Position numbers and translations under genes: made by a program
Shown: positions 26,964 through 36,810 of the stretch, piece by piece
Position numbering within the stretch: the first letter of the stretch is position 1
Layout of the letters: each line of letters starts with the position of its first letter
Notes under the pieces: model-generated
What the model was told of the DNA's origin: nothing
Seen by the model: only the letters and a program-made list of their open reading frames with translations
Database searches by the model: none
DNA from: Bacteroidales bacterium
Lineage (GTDB): Bacteria; Bacteroidota; Bacteroidia; Bacteroidales; VadinHA17
Direction of reading: 5' to 3'
Assembly (NCBI GenBank): GCA_019429325.1
Contig: JAHYJA010000002.1
Coordinates: 1 to 59,949 of the forward strand
DNA: 59,949 nt

Positions 26964-27926
26964 ATGCTTAAAAAGATCATAGGCCAATTTTTTTTGACAG
27001 GACTGAGATATATGCTCTTTGGTGCTGCACTGGTCCTTATTTCCTGTCAGGGAGGTAGCAGGTCAGGACCAAAAGAGACTCCCACCAGTGGAAATATAAG
27101 GATAGCTGTTGATGAATCTTTTCAACCGATTATTGACGATGAGATTTACATATTTACCAGTCTCTATCATAACGCACATATTGAACCTCTTTATATGCCG
27201 GAAGTTGATGTGGTAAACTACTTCATGAGCGACTCCGTGAAAATGATGGTTACCGGCAAGAAGCTGACAGACAATCAGATAAAATATCTCCGTGACACAC
27301 TTGTTGTTGCAAGAACAACCACCTTTGCTTACGACGGGCTGGCGCTGATAACCAACCTGGCAAACCAGGACACCTTGCTGAGATATGAAACTGTACGTGA
27401 TATCTTCAGGGGAAATGTCAAAAGCTGGAAGGAGATCAATCCAAAATCTAAACAAAACCAGATAAGCGTTATTTTTGACAACACCAGATCGGGGAACATC
27501 AGATATTTTAAGGAGATCTTTGAGATTGACGGGGCGCTTGGAGATAACTTTTTTGCGGTGAATAATAATCCCGAGGTAATTGACTATGTTTCAAGGAATC
27601 CGGATGCTCTGGGTATAATAAGTGTAAACTGGATAAGTGAGCCCTACGATTCGCTGAGCAGGAGCTTCATGGAAAGAATCAATGTAGTGGCGGTGTCGCG
27701 AAGGTTTATCAGCGACGGGACCTACTACAGGCCATACCCTGGGTCTATCTATGAAAAGTCATACCCGTTTGTCAGAGAAGTCTATATGATTTCACGCGAG
27801 ACCTTCAGCGGTCTCGGGTCTGGATTTATTCAATGGGCCACAGCAGAACAGGGACAGAGGATCGTACTTAAATCAGGCCTTGTGCCTGCTACAATGCCTG
27901 TAAGGCTTGTTCAGATAAGGAAATGA
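26964..27926 (+). CDS. PstS-family (PBP-like) substrate-binding lipoprotein
   Basis: Lipoprotein signal ...AALVLISC at ATG 26964. The periplasmic-binding-protein type II pattern (GNIRIAVDESF..., GIISVNWI, GQRIVLKSGLVP) resembles the phosphate-binding PBP_like_2 family. Confidence 0.65.
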   Translation: MLKKIIGQFFLTGLRYMLFGAALVLISCQGGSRSGPKETPTSGNIRIAVDESFQPIIDDEIYIFTSLYHNAHIEPLYMPEVDVVNYFMSDSVKMMVTGKKLTDNQIKYLRDTLVVARTTTFAYDGLALITNLANQDTLLRYETVRDIFRGNVKSWKEINPKSKQNQISVIFDNTRSGNIRYFKEIFEIDGALGDNFFAVNNNPEVIDYVSRNPDALGIISVNWISEPYDSLSRSFMERINVVAVSRRFISDGTYYRPYPGSIYEKSYPFVREVYMISRETFSGLGSGFIQWATAEQGQRIVLKSGLVPATMPVRLVQIRK

Positions 27927-28015
27927 TAATGTAAAATATATTAATACAATTGATATTTTAAAAAGCGAAAAAAGAAAAGTAATTAATGGATAATTGTTAT
28001 AAAAACAAGAAAACT

Positions 28016-30262
28016 ATGAAACTCAAATTCTTCAGACCGGTAATTTTACTGGCATTCATTGTTTCAGTCATGCTGACAGGGAATATTCAGGCTCAGGACT
28101 TAAACAGTGCCATCCTCCTTACCAAGAGTGAGCAATACGAAAGAGCAAGAACCATGTTTCAGCAACTGATTCAAAAGGAGCCTTCAAATGCCAGGAATTT
28201 TTTCTTCTTAGGAGAAAATTATCTTCTCGGCTACTTTGCCGACACGATCTCCAATTCACTCACCGTGGCAGCCAATGAGGCAAAAGAGATATATCAGAGA
28301 GGAGTATCTGCCAATGCAAATGAACCACTTAACTACGTAGGACTGGCAAAAGTTGCCAATTACCTGGGTGACGACAGGACCGCCGATGAAATGCGGGCAA
28401 AGGCACAGAGTTTTCTCCTTCCTTACAAGAAGATTAAGAAGATAGTGCCTCCGGCCAGGGATTATGCTTTTACTCTTGCTAAAGTTGCAGAATCCTACAT
28501 TAAGGATGGCAAAGTGGATACTGCAAAAGCCCTGCCTCTGATAAGGCATGCGCTGAAAATAGACGGTAAGAACGCTGAGATATACCTTATTACAGGAGAT
28601 ATCTACATGCTTGTAAATGATGGTTCAAATGCGATCAGAAATTATAACCTTGCACAGTTTTATGATCCCAAGTCTCCGACAGCCAATATGAAGATCGGTT
28701 ATGTATATGCCAGAAGCGGAGCGCTGCAGTCTGCACTTGAATACTTTGAAGAAGCCATAAGCCTTGATGACAGCTACGCACCTGCATATCGTGAACTGGG
28801 TCAGCTTTACTGGAAAGCAGGCCGGCTTGAGCAGTCAAAAACAAATTACAGGAAGTACCTCGATCTTACAGCAGGCAATATACCTGCAAAGATCCTTTAT
28901 GTCAACTCCCTGTTCTATGCCAACGATTATGATGAGGTCATAAAGAATGTGGAGGAGATCCTTATGGTTGATCAGTCCAGGACCTATATGAACAGGATAG
29001 CAGGTTATTCCAGTTTCGACAAGAAAAACCCGGACTATGACAAGGCTCTGGAATACATGGAAAAACTGTTTGCTTCCGTTGCACCGGAGCGTATCATCAA
29101 GAAAGATTATCAATATTTGGCAAGGATCCTTCTGGCCAGGAACCAGGGTTATTCCAAACTTGTCGATGAGCGAAATTCCCTGAAAACCCAGCTTGACAGG
29201 GAAAAGTTACGGTTAAACGCTTCCACAACCGCTGCCGACAGGACAAAATATAAGGCATCCGTTGATAACCTTAGTGGCAGGATCGCAAAGCTTAATGATG
29301 AAATCGGGAAAGCTGACCTGGAAATCGACAGGGCTTTTAAGGCATACGACAAACTGCTTGAATACAATCCTGAAGACAGGGTTGTACTGAACGAGATGGC
29401 AGCCAGCTATTATTCCTTCAGAAGGTTCGAGGGAGCAGCAAAAACGTGGGGCAAAATGATAAGTCTCGGCAAAGACGATATTGAAGATTATATGAGAGTA
29501 GGAAGGGCATACTACAATGGAGAAAAATACAAGAGTGCCGATTCAGTTTTTAACATCGTGACAAAAAGAGAACCTGATTATATCGACGCTTATGTCTATA
29601 TTGCCAGGACCTATTCAAGGATGGACCCAGAATTAAAACTTGGTCTGGCAAGACCAAAATTTGAAACGCTCATTGAAAAGGCAAAAGTTGATTCAGTCAG
29701 GAATTCGGTTCAGATGATCGAAGCGTTCAGATATCTTGGGAGCTATCACACCATGAATAACAATCTTGGCAGGGCCAGGGATTATTACAACCGGATGATA
29801 AACCTCGACCCCAACAACAGGGACAGCAGGGTAATGGGGTATCTCGGGATCGGAACCACTGAGACAGAATTAGCAAGAAATGAGCAGACCCTTGAGGGAA
29901 AAGTCGCCATTCTGAACCGGGCTATTGAAGCTTACAACAGGACCTTGGAGATTGATCCTGCCAATGCCTCGGTAAAAGCAATGCTCAAATCCATTCAGGA
30001 TTACCAGGCCAATATCAAGAAGGGTATCAATCCCAATGAAATAAAGGGCGTTATAAGAAATTCAGCCGGGCAGCCTATCCCCTATGCATCTGTCAGAGTC
30101 AAGGATACGGCTGCTGAAAATCTTGCCAATGCCAAAGGGGAATACAAGTTTGAGATCCCTCAGGGGTCAGAGTTCCTGATCATAAGCGCCGACGGATACG
30201 CTCCAAAAGAGATACCTGTCACAGCTACAAGAACTTACAATGTCACTCTCGAGCCGCAGTGA
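28016..30262 (+). CDS. TPR-repeat protein with C-terminal CarboxypepD_reg-like domain
   Basis: Signal peptide MKLKFFRPVILLAFIVSVMLTGNIQAQ and many TPR-like A/Y/L repeats. The last ~85 aa (IKGVIRNSAGQPIPYASVRVKD...GEYKFEIPQGSEFLIISADGYAPKEI) match the carboxypeptidase-regulatory fold. Confidence 0.75.
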   Translation: MKLKFFRPVILLAFIVSVMLTGNIQAQDLNSAILLTKSEQYERARTMFQQLIQKEPSNARNFFFLGENYLLGYFADTISNSLTVAANEAKEIYQRGVSANANEPLNYVGLAKVANYLGDDRTADEMRAKAQSFLLPYKKIKKIVPPARDYAFTLAKVAESYIKDGKVDTAKALPLIRHALKIDGKNAEIYLITGDIYMLVNDGSNAIRNYNLAQFYDPKSPTANMKIGYVYARSGALQSALEYFEEAISLDDSYAPAYRELGQLYWKAGRLEQSKTNYRKYLDLTAGNIPAKILYVNSLFYANDYDEVIKNVEEILMVDQSRTYMNRIAGYSSFDKKNPDYDKALEYMEKLFASVAPERIIKKDYQYLARILLARNQGYSKLVDERNSLKTQLDREKLRLNASTTAADRTKYKASVDNLSGRIAKLNDEIGKADLEIDRAFKAYDKLLEYNPEDRVVLNEMAASYYSFRRFEGAAKTWGKMISLGKDDIEDYMRVGRAYYNGEKYKSADSVFNIVTKREPDYIDAYVYIARTYSRMDPELKLGLARPKFETLIEKAKVDSVRNSVQMIEAFRYLGSYHTMNNNLGRARDYYNRMINLDPNNRDSRVMGYLGIGTTETELARNEQTLEGKVAILNRAIEAYNRTLEIDPANASVKAMLKSIQDYQANIKKGINPNEIKGVIRNSAGQPIPYASVRVKDTAAENLANAKGEYKFEIPQGSEFLIISADGYAPKEIPVTATRTYNVTLEPQ

Positions 30263-30316
30263 TATTTCTGAGTCAAATAAATTTGCTATTTTATTGGAAA
30301 TGAATAATTGATAATT

Positions 30317-30324
30317 TATATTTG
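30317..30324 (+). promoter_or_regulatory. TAnnTTTG -7 box upstream of exbB
   Basis: TATATTTG, 38 nt upstream of ATG 30363. Confidence 0.3.
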
Positions 30325-30362
30325 CAAATCGTAAAAAATCTTAAACCTAAACAGATCAAAAA

Positions 30363-31178
30363 ATGAGTAAAAAAGGAAGTTCTTTCAAAGATGCGTTGCA
30401 AAGTATATTTGCGACAGGTGCTATTTTAATAGCTTTTATCGTTGCCGTTCTTTTGTTTACGAAAGTAATGGGTAATCCTGTTAACTTCGAAGGAGGCAAC
30501 CCCCAGGGACATGCTCTTCAGGGCAATTATCTCGGAATCGTTTATAAAGGAGGTTTCGTCGTACCGGTACTTATGACGCTTGTCATGGTTATAATTATCT
30601 TCGCTGTGGAGAGGTTAATCACCCTTGGAAGGGCAAAAGGGAAAGGAAGATTGAACCAGTTCGTCCGGCATCTCCAGACTCTCCTGGCCCAGGATAAGAT
30701 TGAAGAGGCTGTTGAAGCATGTGACAAGCAGAAAGGCTCACTTGCAAACGTGATGAAAGCGGGTCTGGCACGTTATCGCGACCTTCAGGCAGACCAGGAC
30801 CTTGAAAGGGACCAGAAGATCCTCTCCATTCAGAAAGCTTACGAAGAGGCTACCGCACTTGAGCTGCCAATGCTCAGCCGGAACATGGTTATCTTCAGTA
30901 CACTTGCTCCCTTCTCCGTTCTCGTAGGTCTTATCGGTACAGTTCTTGGTATGATCCGTGCTTTCGCCGCTCTTGCACAGGCTGGTGCTCCTGATGCTCT
31001 CGCTCTGTCGCAGGGTATTTCTGAAGCGCTTATAAATACTGCGTTCGGTATCACCGGAGGTGCTCTCTCAATTCTCGCTTATGCCTTTTTCTCAACTAAA
31101 ATCGACGCCTACACATTTAAAATCGATGAGGCAGGTTTCAGCCTGACACAGACATTTGCAGAGTCCCTGAAGAAGTAG
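30363..31178 (+). CDS. exbB: MotA/TolQ/ExbB proton-channel family protein
   Basis: Three-TM topology and the conserved GLIGTVLGMIRAF...ISEALINTAFGI motif. Confidence 0.9.
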   Translation: MSKKGSSFKDALQSIFATGAILIAFIVAVLLFTKVMGNPVNFEGGNPQGHALQGNYLGIVYKGGFVVPVLMTLVMVIIIFAVERLITLGRAKGKGRLNQFVRHLQTLLAQDKIEEAVEACDKQKGSLANVMKAGLARYRDLQADQDLERDQKILSIQKAYEEATALELPMLSRNMVIFSTLAPFSVLVGLIGTVLGMIRAFAALAQAGAPDALALSQGISEALINTAFGITGGALSILAYAFFSTKIDAYTFKIDEAGFSLTQTFAESLKK

Positions 31179-31216
31179 ATCTTTTGGTTGAAAATTAATT
31201 AATAAATATAATTGAA

Positions 31217-31855
31217 ATGCCAAAGATTAAAATAGCATCAAAACCGCCACATGTCGACATGACCCCAATGGTTGACCTCTTCGCTGTCGTGTTGATATTC
31301 CTAATGCTTACAACCACTTTCAGAATTACGGAACCGGGCGTTGTTGATACACCTTATTCAATATCAGAAAGACCTGTACTGGATTTTAACATTATGACGG
31401 TAGTTATCTCCAACGATGGAAGAGTCTTTTTCAACGTTGATAACGGACCTGACACGATACTCAAATTCAGGCAGAAGATACTCGCCGAGATGGGCGGGCA
31501 TTATGGTATTGAATTTACACAGGAAGAACTTACCAAATTCGGGAACTTCCCGGCCTCAATAGGTGTGCCAATCGAACGCATGAAAGAGTTTCTTGCAATA
31601 GACAACCCTGCAGACAAAGCTGCCTTCCAGAGAGGAGTCCCTCTCGACTCTGCCGATAACCAGCTTGCTATGTGGGTTCTTTATACCCGCCAGGTTAATC
31701 CTGCGGTAAACGCGTCCATCAAGGGAGACTCCGGAGTGGAATTCCCCATCGTCAAACGGGTACTGGATGTACTCCAGGATAGGAACGTAAACAGGTTTAA
31801 CCTGATTACCAGTCTGAGATCAGCTGATGTTAAACTAGAAGAAATACCTGAATAA
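31217..31855 (+). CDS. exbD: ExbD/TolR biopolymer transport protein (long form)
   Basis: N-terminal DMTPMVDLFAVVLIFLM anchor motif. Confidence 0.85.
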   Translation: MPKIKIASKPPHVDMTPMVDLFAVVLIFLMLTTTFRITEPGVVDTPYSISERPVLDFNIMTVVISNDGRVFFNVDNGPDTILKFRQKILAEMGGHYGIEFTQEELTKFGNFPASIGVPIERMKEFLAIDNPADKAAFQRGVPLDSADNQLAMWVLYTRQVNPAVNASIKGDSGVEFPIVKRVLDVLQDRNVNRFNLITSLRSADVKLEEIPE

Positions 31856-31856
31856 T

Positions 31857-32525
31857 ATGGCAGAAGTAGCTGAACAAGATACCGGGAAAAAAGGCGGGAG
31901 GCAAAAAGTAAAGCCACCCCCGCACATTGATATGACACCGATGGTTGACCTGATGTGCCTGCTTATAGTATTCTTTATGCTTACTGCAGCTTTCACAAAG
32001 GCAAAGATCATGGAAATCAACCTTCCTGAGAAGATCAGGGATCCGAACGTGGAACCTCCGAAAATCCCGGAAAGTCGTACCGTGAATATTATTCTCGGAC
32101 CGGACGACCGTGTTTTCTGGTACCCCGGAATGGTGAGAGAGGAAGATTACAGCAACCCTCCGCCTTTAAGGGAGACCTCCTTTGGCGCTGACGGAATACG
32201 TCGCCTCCTTGTTGAAAGGAACAGAACCCTCTTTAAAAGAATCGACGATTTCAATAATGAAATACTCACCGGGCGGATCAGCCTCCCGAGAGATTCAATC
32301 GAAAGTGAGATCAGGAGATTAAAGAGAGATGATGACACCGGACCGATTGTGCTAATAAAAGCGTACAAATCAGCAACCTATGGAAATTTTGTCGAAATTC
32401 TCGACGAGATGAACATCGTTGGCGTGGCCCGTTATTCATTCGTGGATCTGAGCTGGATTGAAAACTTTATGGTTGAGAGAGCTCTGGGGATCTCTTCTAC
32501 CGCATCAGCCTCAACTGGTAATTAA
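31857..32525 (+). CDS. exbD: ExbD/TolR biopolymer transport protein (second paralogue)
   Basis: DMTPMVDLMCLLIVFFM anchor motif. Starts 1 nt after the preceding stop. Confidence 0.85.
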   Translation: MAEVAEQDTGKKGGRQKVKPPPHIDMTPMVDLMCLLIVFFMLTAAFTKAKIMEINLPEKIRDPNVEPPKIPESRTVNIILGPDDRVFWYPGMVREEDYSNPPPLRETSFGADGIRRLLVERNRTLFKRIDDFNNEILTGRISLPRDSIESEIRRLKRDDDTGPIVLIKAYKSATYGNFVEILDEMNIVGVARYSFVDLSWIENFMVERALGISSTASASTGN

Positions 32526-32543
32526 CCTGTAACTTTTACTAAT

Positions 32544-33332
32544 ATGGCAAAAGATAAAATTGATGCTCCCTCATTTCTTGAAATAGTATTCGAGAAAAGG
32601 AACAAAGAATATGGAGCTTATGTCCTGCGAAAGAAATATGCACGGACTATGATCCTTGCAATGCTTGTAGGTATAGTGGGTTTTTCAGCCGGGGTAATAA
32701 CACCTTATCTGAATGCCAAAGCTATGGAAGGCAGACAGGGAAGAGAAGAGTATGTCGTTGAGCTCCAGATGGAGAATCTGGATCAGCCGACAGATGCAGT
32801 AGCACCTCCTCCTCCCCCGCCTCCGCCACCGGCAGAAGAAGCTGTTCAGCAAACCAGGTATGTACCACCCGTGGTGGTTGATACCATAAAACCTGAAGAG
32901 GTCCGCCAGCTGATGACTGCTGACGACGCGAGAATCGAGATAGTTGACGCCGACGTTACGGAAGTGTTTGCCGTGGCTGAAGTTATGGAAGAAGTACAGG
33001 AAGAAGAAGCTGAACCTGAACCATTCATCGTCGTTGAAGAGATGCCCATGTTCCCTGGCGGAGAAGCCGCTCTTCTGGATTATATCGGCGCTAATACACA
33101 GTACCCTGAGATCGCAAAGGAAAACAACATCCAGGGAAGGGTTATTGTGAGGTTCTGTGTTACGGCAAAAGGTGGTGTAAGTCAGGTATCCATCCTGAAG
33201 AGTGTTGATCCCGAGCTCGATAAGGAAGCAATGAGGGTAGTTTCTACCCTCCCCTCATTCCGACCGGGTAAACAGGGCGGGAAACCTGTGCCGGTATGGT
33301 ACATGGTGCCCATTACGTTTACGCTTAAGTAA
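32544..33332 (+). CDS. tonB: energy transducer TonB
   Basis: N-terminal TM anchor, a PPPPPPPPPAEE proline-rich spacer, an acidic tract, and a C-terminal TonB domain (MPMFPGGEAALLDYI...YPEIAKENNIQGRVIVRF...GKPV). Confidence 0.85.
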   Translation: MAKDKIDAPSFLEIVFEKRNKEYGAYVLRKKYARTMILAMLVGIVGFSAGVITPYLNAKAMEGRQGREEYVVELQMENLDQPTDAVAPPPPPPPPPAEEAVQQTRYVPPVVVDTIKPEEVRQLMTADDARIEIVDADVTEVFAVAEVMEEVQEEEAEPEPFIVVEEMPMFPGGEAALLDYIGANTQYPEIAKENNIQGRVIVRFCVTAKGGVSQVSILKSVDPELDKEAMRVVSTLPSFRPGKQGGKPVPVWYMVPITFTLK

Positions 33333-33355
33333 ACCTGATAAGAACTTTTTTATAA

Positions 33356-33383
33356 AAACGCCGGATCAGCTGATCCGGCGTTT
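33356..33383. terminator. bidirectional rho-independent terminator between tonB and the threonine aldolase gene
   Basis: Perfect palindrome ACGCCGGATCAGCTGATCCGGCGT, flanked by an A-tract upstream and a T-tract downstream. Confidence 0.75.
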
Positions 33384-33387
33384 CCTT

Positions 33388-34425
33388 TTAATGATTCTCA
33401 AGCTCATTCTCAAGGAGCACGGAAAAATCTTCAATATCCTCAGGAGTAGTGTCCCAACTGGTCATCAGCCGGTACTCCGACAGAGCCTCATTCCATGGAT
33501 AGAAAAAATAGTGAGGCAGAAGTCTTTCAGCAACACCGTGCGGCATTATGACAAATACTCCATTCGACTCCACAGGCTGGGTTATCACGAGTTTATCCCT
33601 GATCCTGTCAGCCAGAAGCCTGGCCATCCTGTTTGAATGAGAAGCATTCAGTTTCCATAGATCGTTCCGGAAATACGCGATAAACTGAGCCGAAATAAAT
33701 CTCATCTTGGATGCAAGATGCATCCCCTGTTTTCTGATATACCTGAAATCCGTTGAAAGATCCCTGCCGGTGAAGCATACCGCTTCTCCAAACATCATCC
33801 CGTTCTTTGTTCCGCCAAATGAAAGAATATCAACACCGGAATCAGTAGTGAACGACCTGAAGGGAAGATCGAGCGATACGGCCGCATTTGATATGCGTGC
33901 ACCATCCATGTGGAGAAGCATCCCCTTTGAGTGAACGTGGTCTGCTATATTCCTTATTTCATCAGGCGTATAAACAGTCCCCATCTCGGTCGCCTGAGTA
34001 ATTGAGACCACCTTTGGCTGTGAATGATGCTCAAAACCAAATCCGTGAAGATGCTTTTCAAGCATCTCTGTTCTTATCTTGCCGTCAGGTGTATCGACGG
34101 TCAATACTTTACAGCCGGTGAATTTCTCCGGAGCTCCGCATTCATCCTGCTCGATATGGGCAGTAAAGGCCGTTACGACCGAATTCCATGACCGTGTAAC
34201 GGCACTTAAGCCCAACACATTGGCAGCCGTGCCGGTAAAGACGAAGAATGTTTCAGTCTCATCACCGAGATGATCTTTGAAAAGCTGTTCAGCTTCACTG
34301 GTGTAAATGTCGGCACCATAACCTACCGCGTGACCAACATTCACAGCGGCAAGCTCCTTAAGTATATCAGGATGCACGCCGGCATTATTGTCACTGGCAA
34401 AGCCTCTCTTGATAATATGCTTCAT
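33388..34425 (-). CDS. ltaE: low-specificity L-threonine aldolase (beta-eliminating lyase family)
   Basis: FASDNNAGVHPDIL N-terminus, HMDGARISNA, and FGGTKNG (PLP lysine). Confidence 0.85.
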   Translation of the reverse strand: MKHIIKRGFASDNNAGVHPDILKELAAVNVGHAVGYGADIYTSEAEQLFKDHLGDETETFFVFTGTAANVLGLSAVTRSWNSVVTAFTAHIEQDECGAPEKFTGCKVLTVDTPDGKIRTEMLEKHLHGFGFEHHSQPKVVSITQATEMGTVYTPDEIRNIADHVHSKGMLLHMDGARISNAAVSLDLPFRSFTTDSGVDILSFGGTKNGMMFGEAVCFTGRDLSTDFRYIRKQGMHLASKMRFISAQFIAYFRNDLWKLNASHSNRMARLLADRIRDKLVITQPVESNGVFVIMPHGVAERLLPHYFFYPWNEALSEYRLMTSWDTTPEDIEDFSVLLENELENH

Positions 34426-34450
34426 TTAACGGATGGGAGGATTAAATCTC

Positions 34451-35659
34451 TTAAGTGCGGATCTTTGATCCTTTCAGGGCAAAGTAAGTTATATATGCGT
34501 AATATACAAACAGACAGCATATTGCCACAACAAGGCCAATTCCTCTCTGGATGCCTCCCATCATTATCGGCAGTAGAGCAGCGCCTATTACCGAGGTGGC
34601 AATTACTCCCGAACCAACTTTGGAATGAATGCCGAGATCCTCCAGGGCAAGATTATAGATACATGGCCACATGATCGAGTGCATAAGCCCGGTTCCAAGG
34701 AACAGCACCAGACCAATCCAGCTCATACCCATTCCACCCAGAACAAGTGATAATAACAGCATTAAAGCACCAATAACGGCGTTGAAACTCAGTATCTTGC
34801 TTGCGGTATACTTCCTGAGGATAAAAATACCGGCTACACGCCCTACCATCAGTCCTGCCCAGTAATAAGCCAGCAATCTTGTCCGCATTTCTCCATCAAA
34901 ATCGAATCCCAGTTTGGCTGAATAATCCGCAAAGAAACTTGGGATACCTATTTCAACTCCCATATAGAAGAATATTGCGAGTGACCCCAGCCACATGTGA
35001 GGATATTTGTAGGCGCTCTTCTTGATCTTTTTTACAACTCCTTCTACCGTTTCAGGCTCTTTGATCTCAGGCAGCTTAAGGAAGAACATAACAACAACTA
35101 TCACCAGTGTAACAATACCGATGCCTGCAAAAGGTCCCTGAACAGTCTTAGGGTCAGTTCCTCCTCCCGTATTGGCTGATACGATCAGCATCGACACAAA
35201 GATCGGTGCAATAACCGTAGCAACCGAGTTCAGGGCATTTGTAAGCGTCAGGCGGCTCGCAGCCGTCTCGGGACTGCCCAGGGCATTAACGTAGGGATTT
35301 GCAGCCACCTGCAGTAATACCACTCCTATTGCGAAAACCGATACTGCACTGAGGAAACCGTAGTACCCGATAGCAACACCCGGTATGCAAAGGAAGAAGC
35401 CTAAGCTGATCATTCCCAGGCCGGCAAGAACGCCGTTTTTGTATCCGATACGATTCAGAAGGTAACCAACAGGGATCGACAGAATATAAGCCCCGTAAAA
35501 AAAGGTGTTCGGAAGCTGTTTCTCAACCTCGTTGAGGCCGAAGGCATCTTTCAGGTAATTGATCAGCGAATTGTTCATGGTTGTGATGAAGCCCAGCAGA
35601 AAGAAAAGTGAGGCCATCACGATAAGCGGAAAAAGGTAGGAAGAGTTTTTGTTTTGCAT
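34451..35659 (-). CDS. sugar MFS transporter (glucose/galactose GluP-like)
   Basis: 402 aa with 12-TM MFS topology. The N-terminal LGFITTMNNSLINYLKDAF motif is typical of the FucP/GluP subfamily. Sits adjacent to galM-galK. Confidence 0.8.
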   Translation of the reverse strand: MQNKNSSYLFPLIVMASLFFLLGFITTMNNSLINYLKDAFGLNEVEKQLPNTFFYGAYILSIPVGYLLNRIGYKNGVLAGLGMISLGFFLCIPGVAIGYYGFLSAVSVFAIGVVLLQVAANPYVNALGSPETAASRLTLTNALNSVATVIAPIFVSMLIVSANTGGGTDPKTVQGPFAGIGIVTLVIVVVMFFLKLPEIKEPETVEGVVKKIKKSAYKYPHMWLGSLAIFFYMGVEIGIPSFFADYSAKLGFDFDGEMRTRLLAYYWAGLMVGRVAGIFILRKYTASKILSFNAVIGALMLLLSLVLGGMGMSWIGLVLFLGTGLMHSIMWPCIYNLALEDLGIHSKVGSGVIATSVIGAALLPIMMGGIQRGIGLVVAICCLFVYYAYITYFALKGSKIRT

Positions 35660-35710
35660 CTCTTTAAGTTTAATTATGTTATAATCAAAAATCTGATAAT
35701 CTGGTACGGG

Positions 35711-36763
35711 TTATCTGGTGCTGAATTTATGTATGCAAACGTGCCTGTATTCCTCGCCGGGATTCAGGATTATCGAGGGGAAATGGGGTTTGTTGATCGC
35801 ATCGGCGAAGTGCTGGGTTTCGAGGCAGAATGACCATCTTCTTCCGTATCTCCTTCCTCCCTTTCCCTTTTCATTGTCAATCCAGTTAGCAGTATATAAC
35901 TGAACACCGGGCTGGGTGGTATGTATTTCCATCACTCTCCCTGATGCAGGATCGTATGCTACTGCGGCAAGCCCCCGCGTTCCGGTGCGATGCTTAAGGA
36001 CAAAGTTATGGTCGTAACCTGCACCGTATCTTATCTGATCATGATCCGCTTCAATCAATTCCCCGATTTTCCTTGGTTCAGTGAAATCCATCGGTGTTCC
36101 CCTGATACTGAGTATTTCTCCTGTGGGGACCGAAGTCTCGTCGGTAGGTGTAAAAAAAGAGGCATTGATCATCAGTTCATGGTCATATATGCTCCCTGAA
36201 CCCTCACCGGCAAGGTTAAAATATGAATGGCTCGCAAGGTTCACTATTGTGGTCTTATCAGTTACAGCCTGGTATCCGATCTGCAATTCATTTTCGTCAG
36301 TCAGGGTATATGTCACTGAAACTCTGAGGTTTCCCGGATATCCTTCTTCTCTGTCAGGCGACAGGTACTCCAGGAGAACTTCAGATGTGGAGTAACGGAT
36401 CACATCCCAGACTACCCTGTTGTATCCTGTTATTCCGCCATGCAGGTGGTTCGGGCCATTATTAACGGCAAGTGAATACTCTTTCCCCAGCAGGGTGAAT
36501 TTTCCCCTGGCTATACGGTTTGCACAACGTCCGCAAATGGCTCCCATATAGGGACCGTTACCATTAATGTAATCAGAAATGTTATCATATCCCTGGACTA
36601 TATCTGCCATATTGCCTTCGCGGTCAGGCACATAGATACTGACAATAATGGCTCCGAAATTCGTTACCTGAGCAACAAGCCCGTTGTTATTTTTCAAAGT
36701 ATAGAGACCAACCGGCTTCCCGTTGTGTACTCCGGCGAACGATTCTTCCCTTATTATATTCAT
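35711..36763 (-). CDS. galM: aldose 1-epimerase (galactose mutarotase)
   Basis: NGPNHLHGG, ASHSYFNL, YDHNFVL and FCLETQHFPD-like motifs. Confidence 0.9.
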   Translation of the reverse strand: MNIIREESFAGVHNGKPVGLYTLKNNNGLVAQVTNFGAIIVSIYVPDREGNMADIVQGYDNISDYINGNGPYMGAICGRCANRIARGKFTLLGKEYSLAVNNGPNHLHGGITGYNRVVWDVIRYSTSEVLLEYLSPDREEGYPGNLRVSVTYTLTDENELQIGYQAVTDKTTIVNLASHSYFNLAGEGSGSIYDHELMINASFFTPTDETSVPTGEILSIRGTPMDFTEPRKIGELIEADHDQIRYGAGYDHNFVLKHRTGTRGLAAVAYDPASGRVMEIHTTQPGVQLYTANWIDNEKGKGGRRYGRRWSFCLETQHFADAINKPHFPSIILNPGEEYRHVCIHKFSTR

Positions 36764-36810
36764 AGTTTTGTTCTTTGCTTCCTTAATAGATGATGATCGC
36801 TTCAGCCAGT

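Noticed and set aside
32795-32835. CCTCCTCCTCCCCCGCCTCCGCCACCG low-complexity tract
   Set aside because: It is in-frame coding sequence for the proline-rich spacer of TonB, not an independent repeat element.
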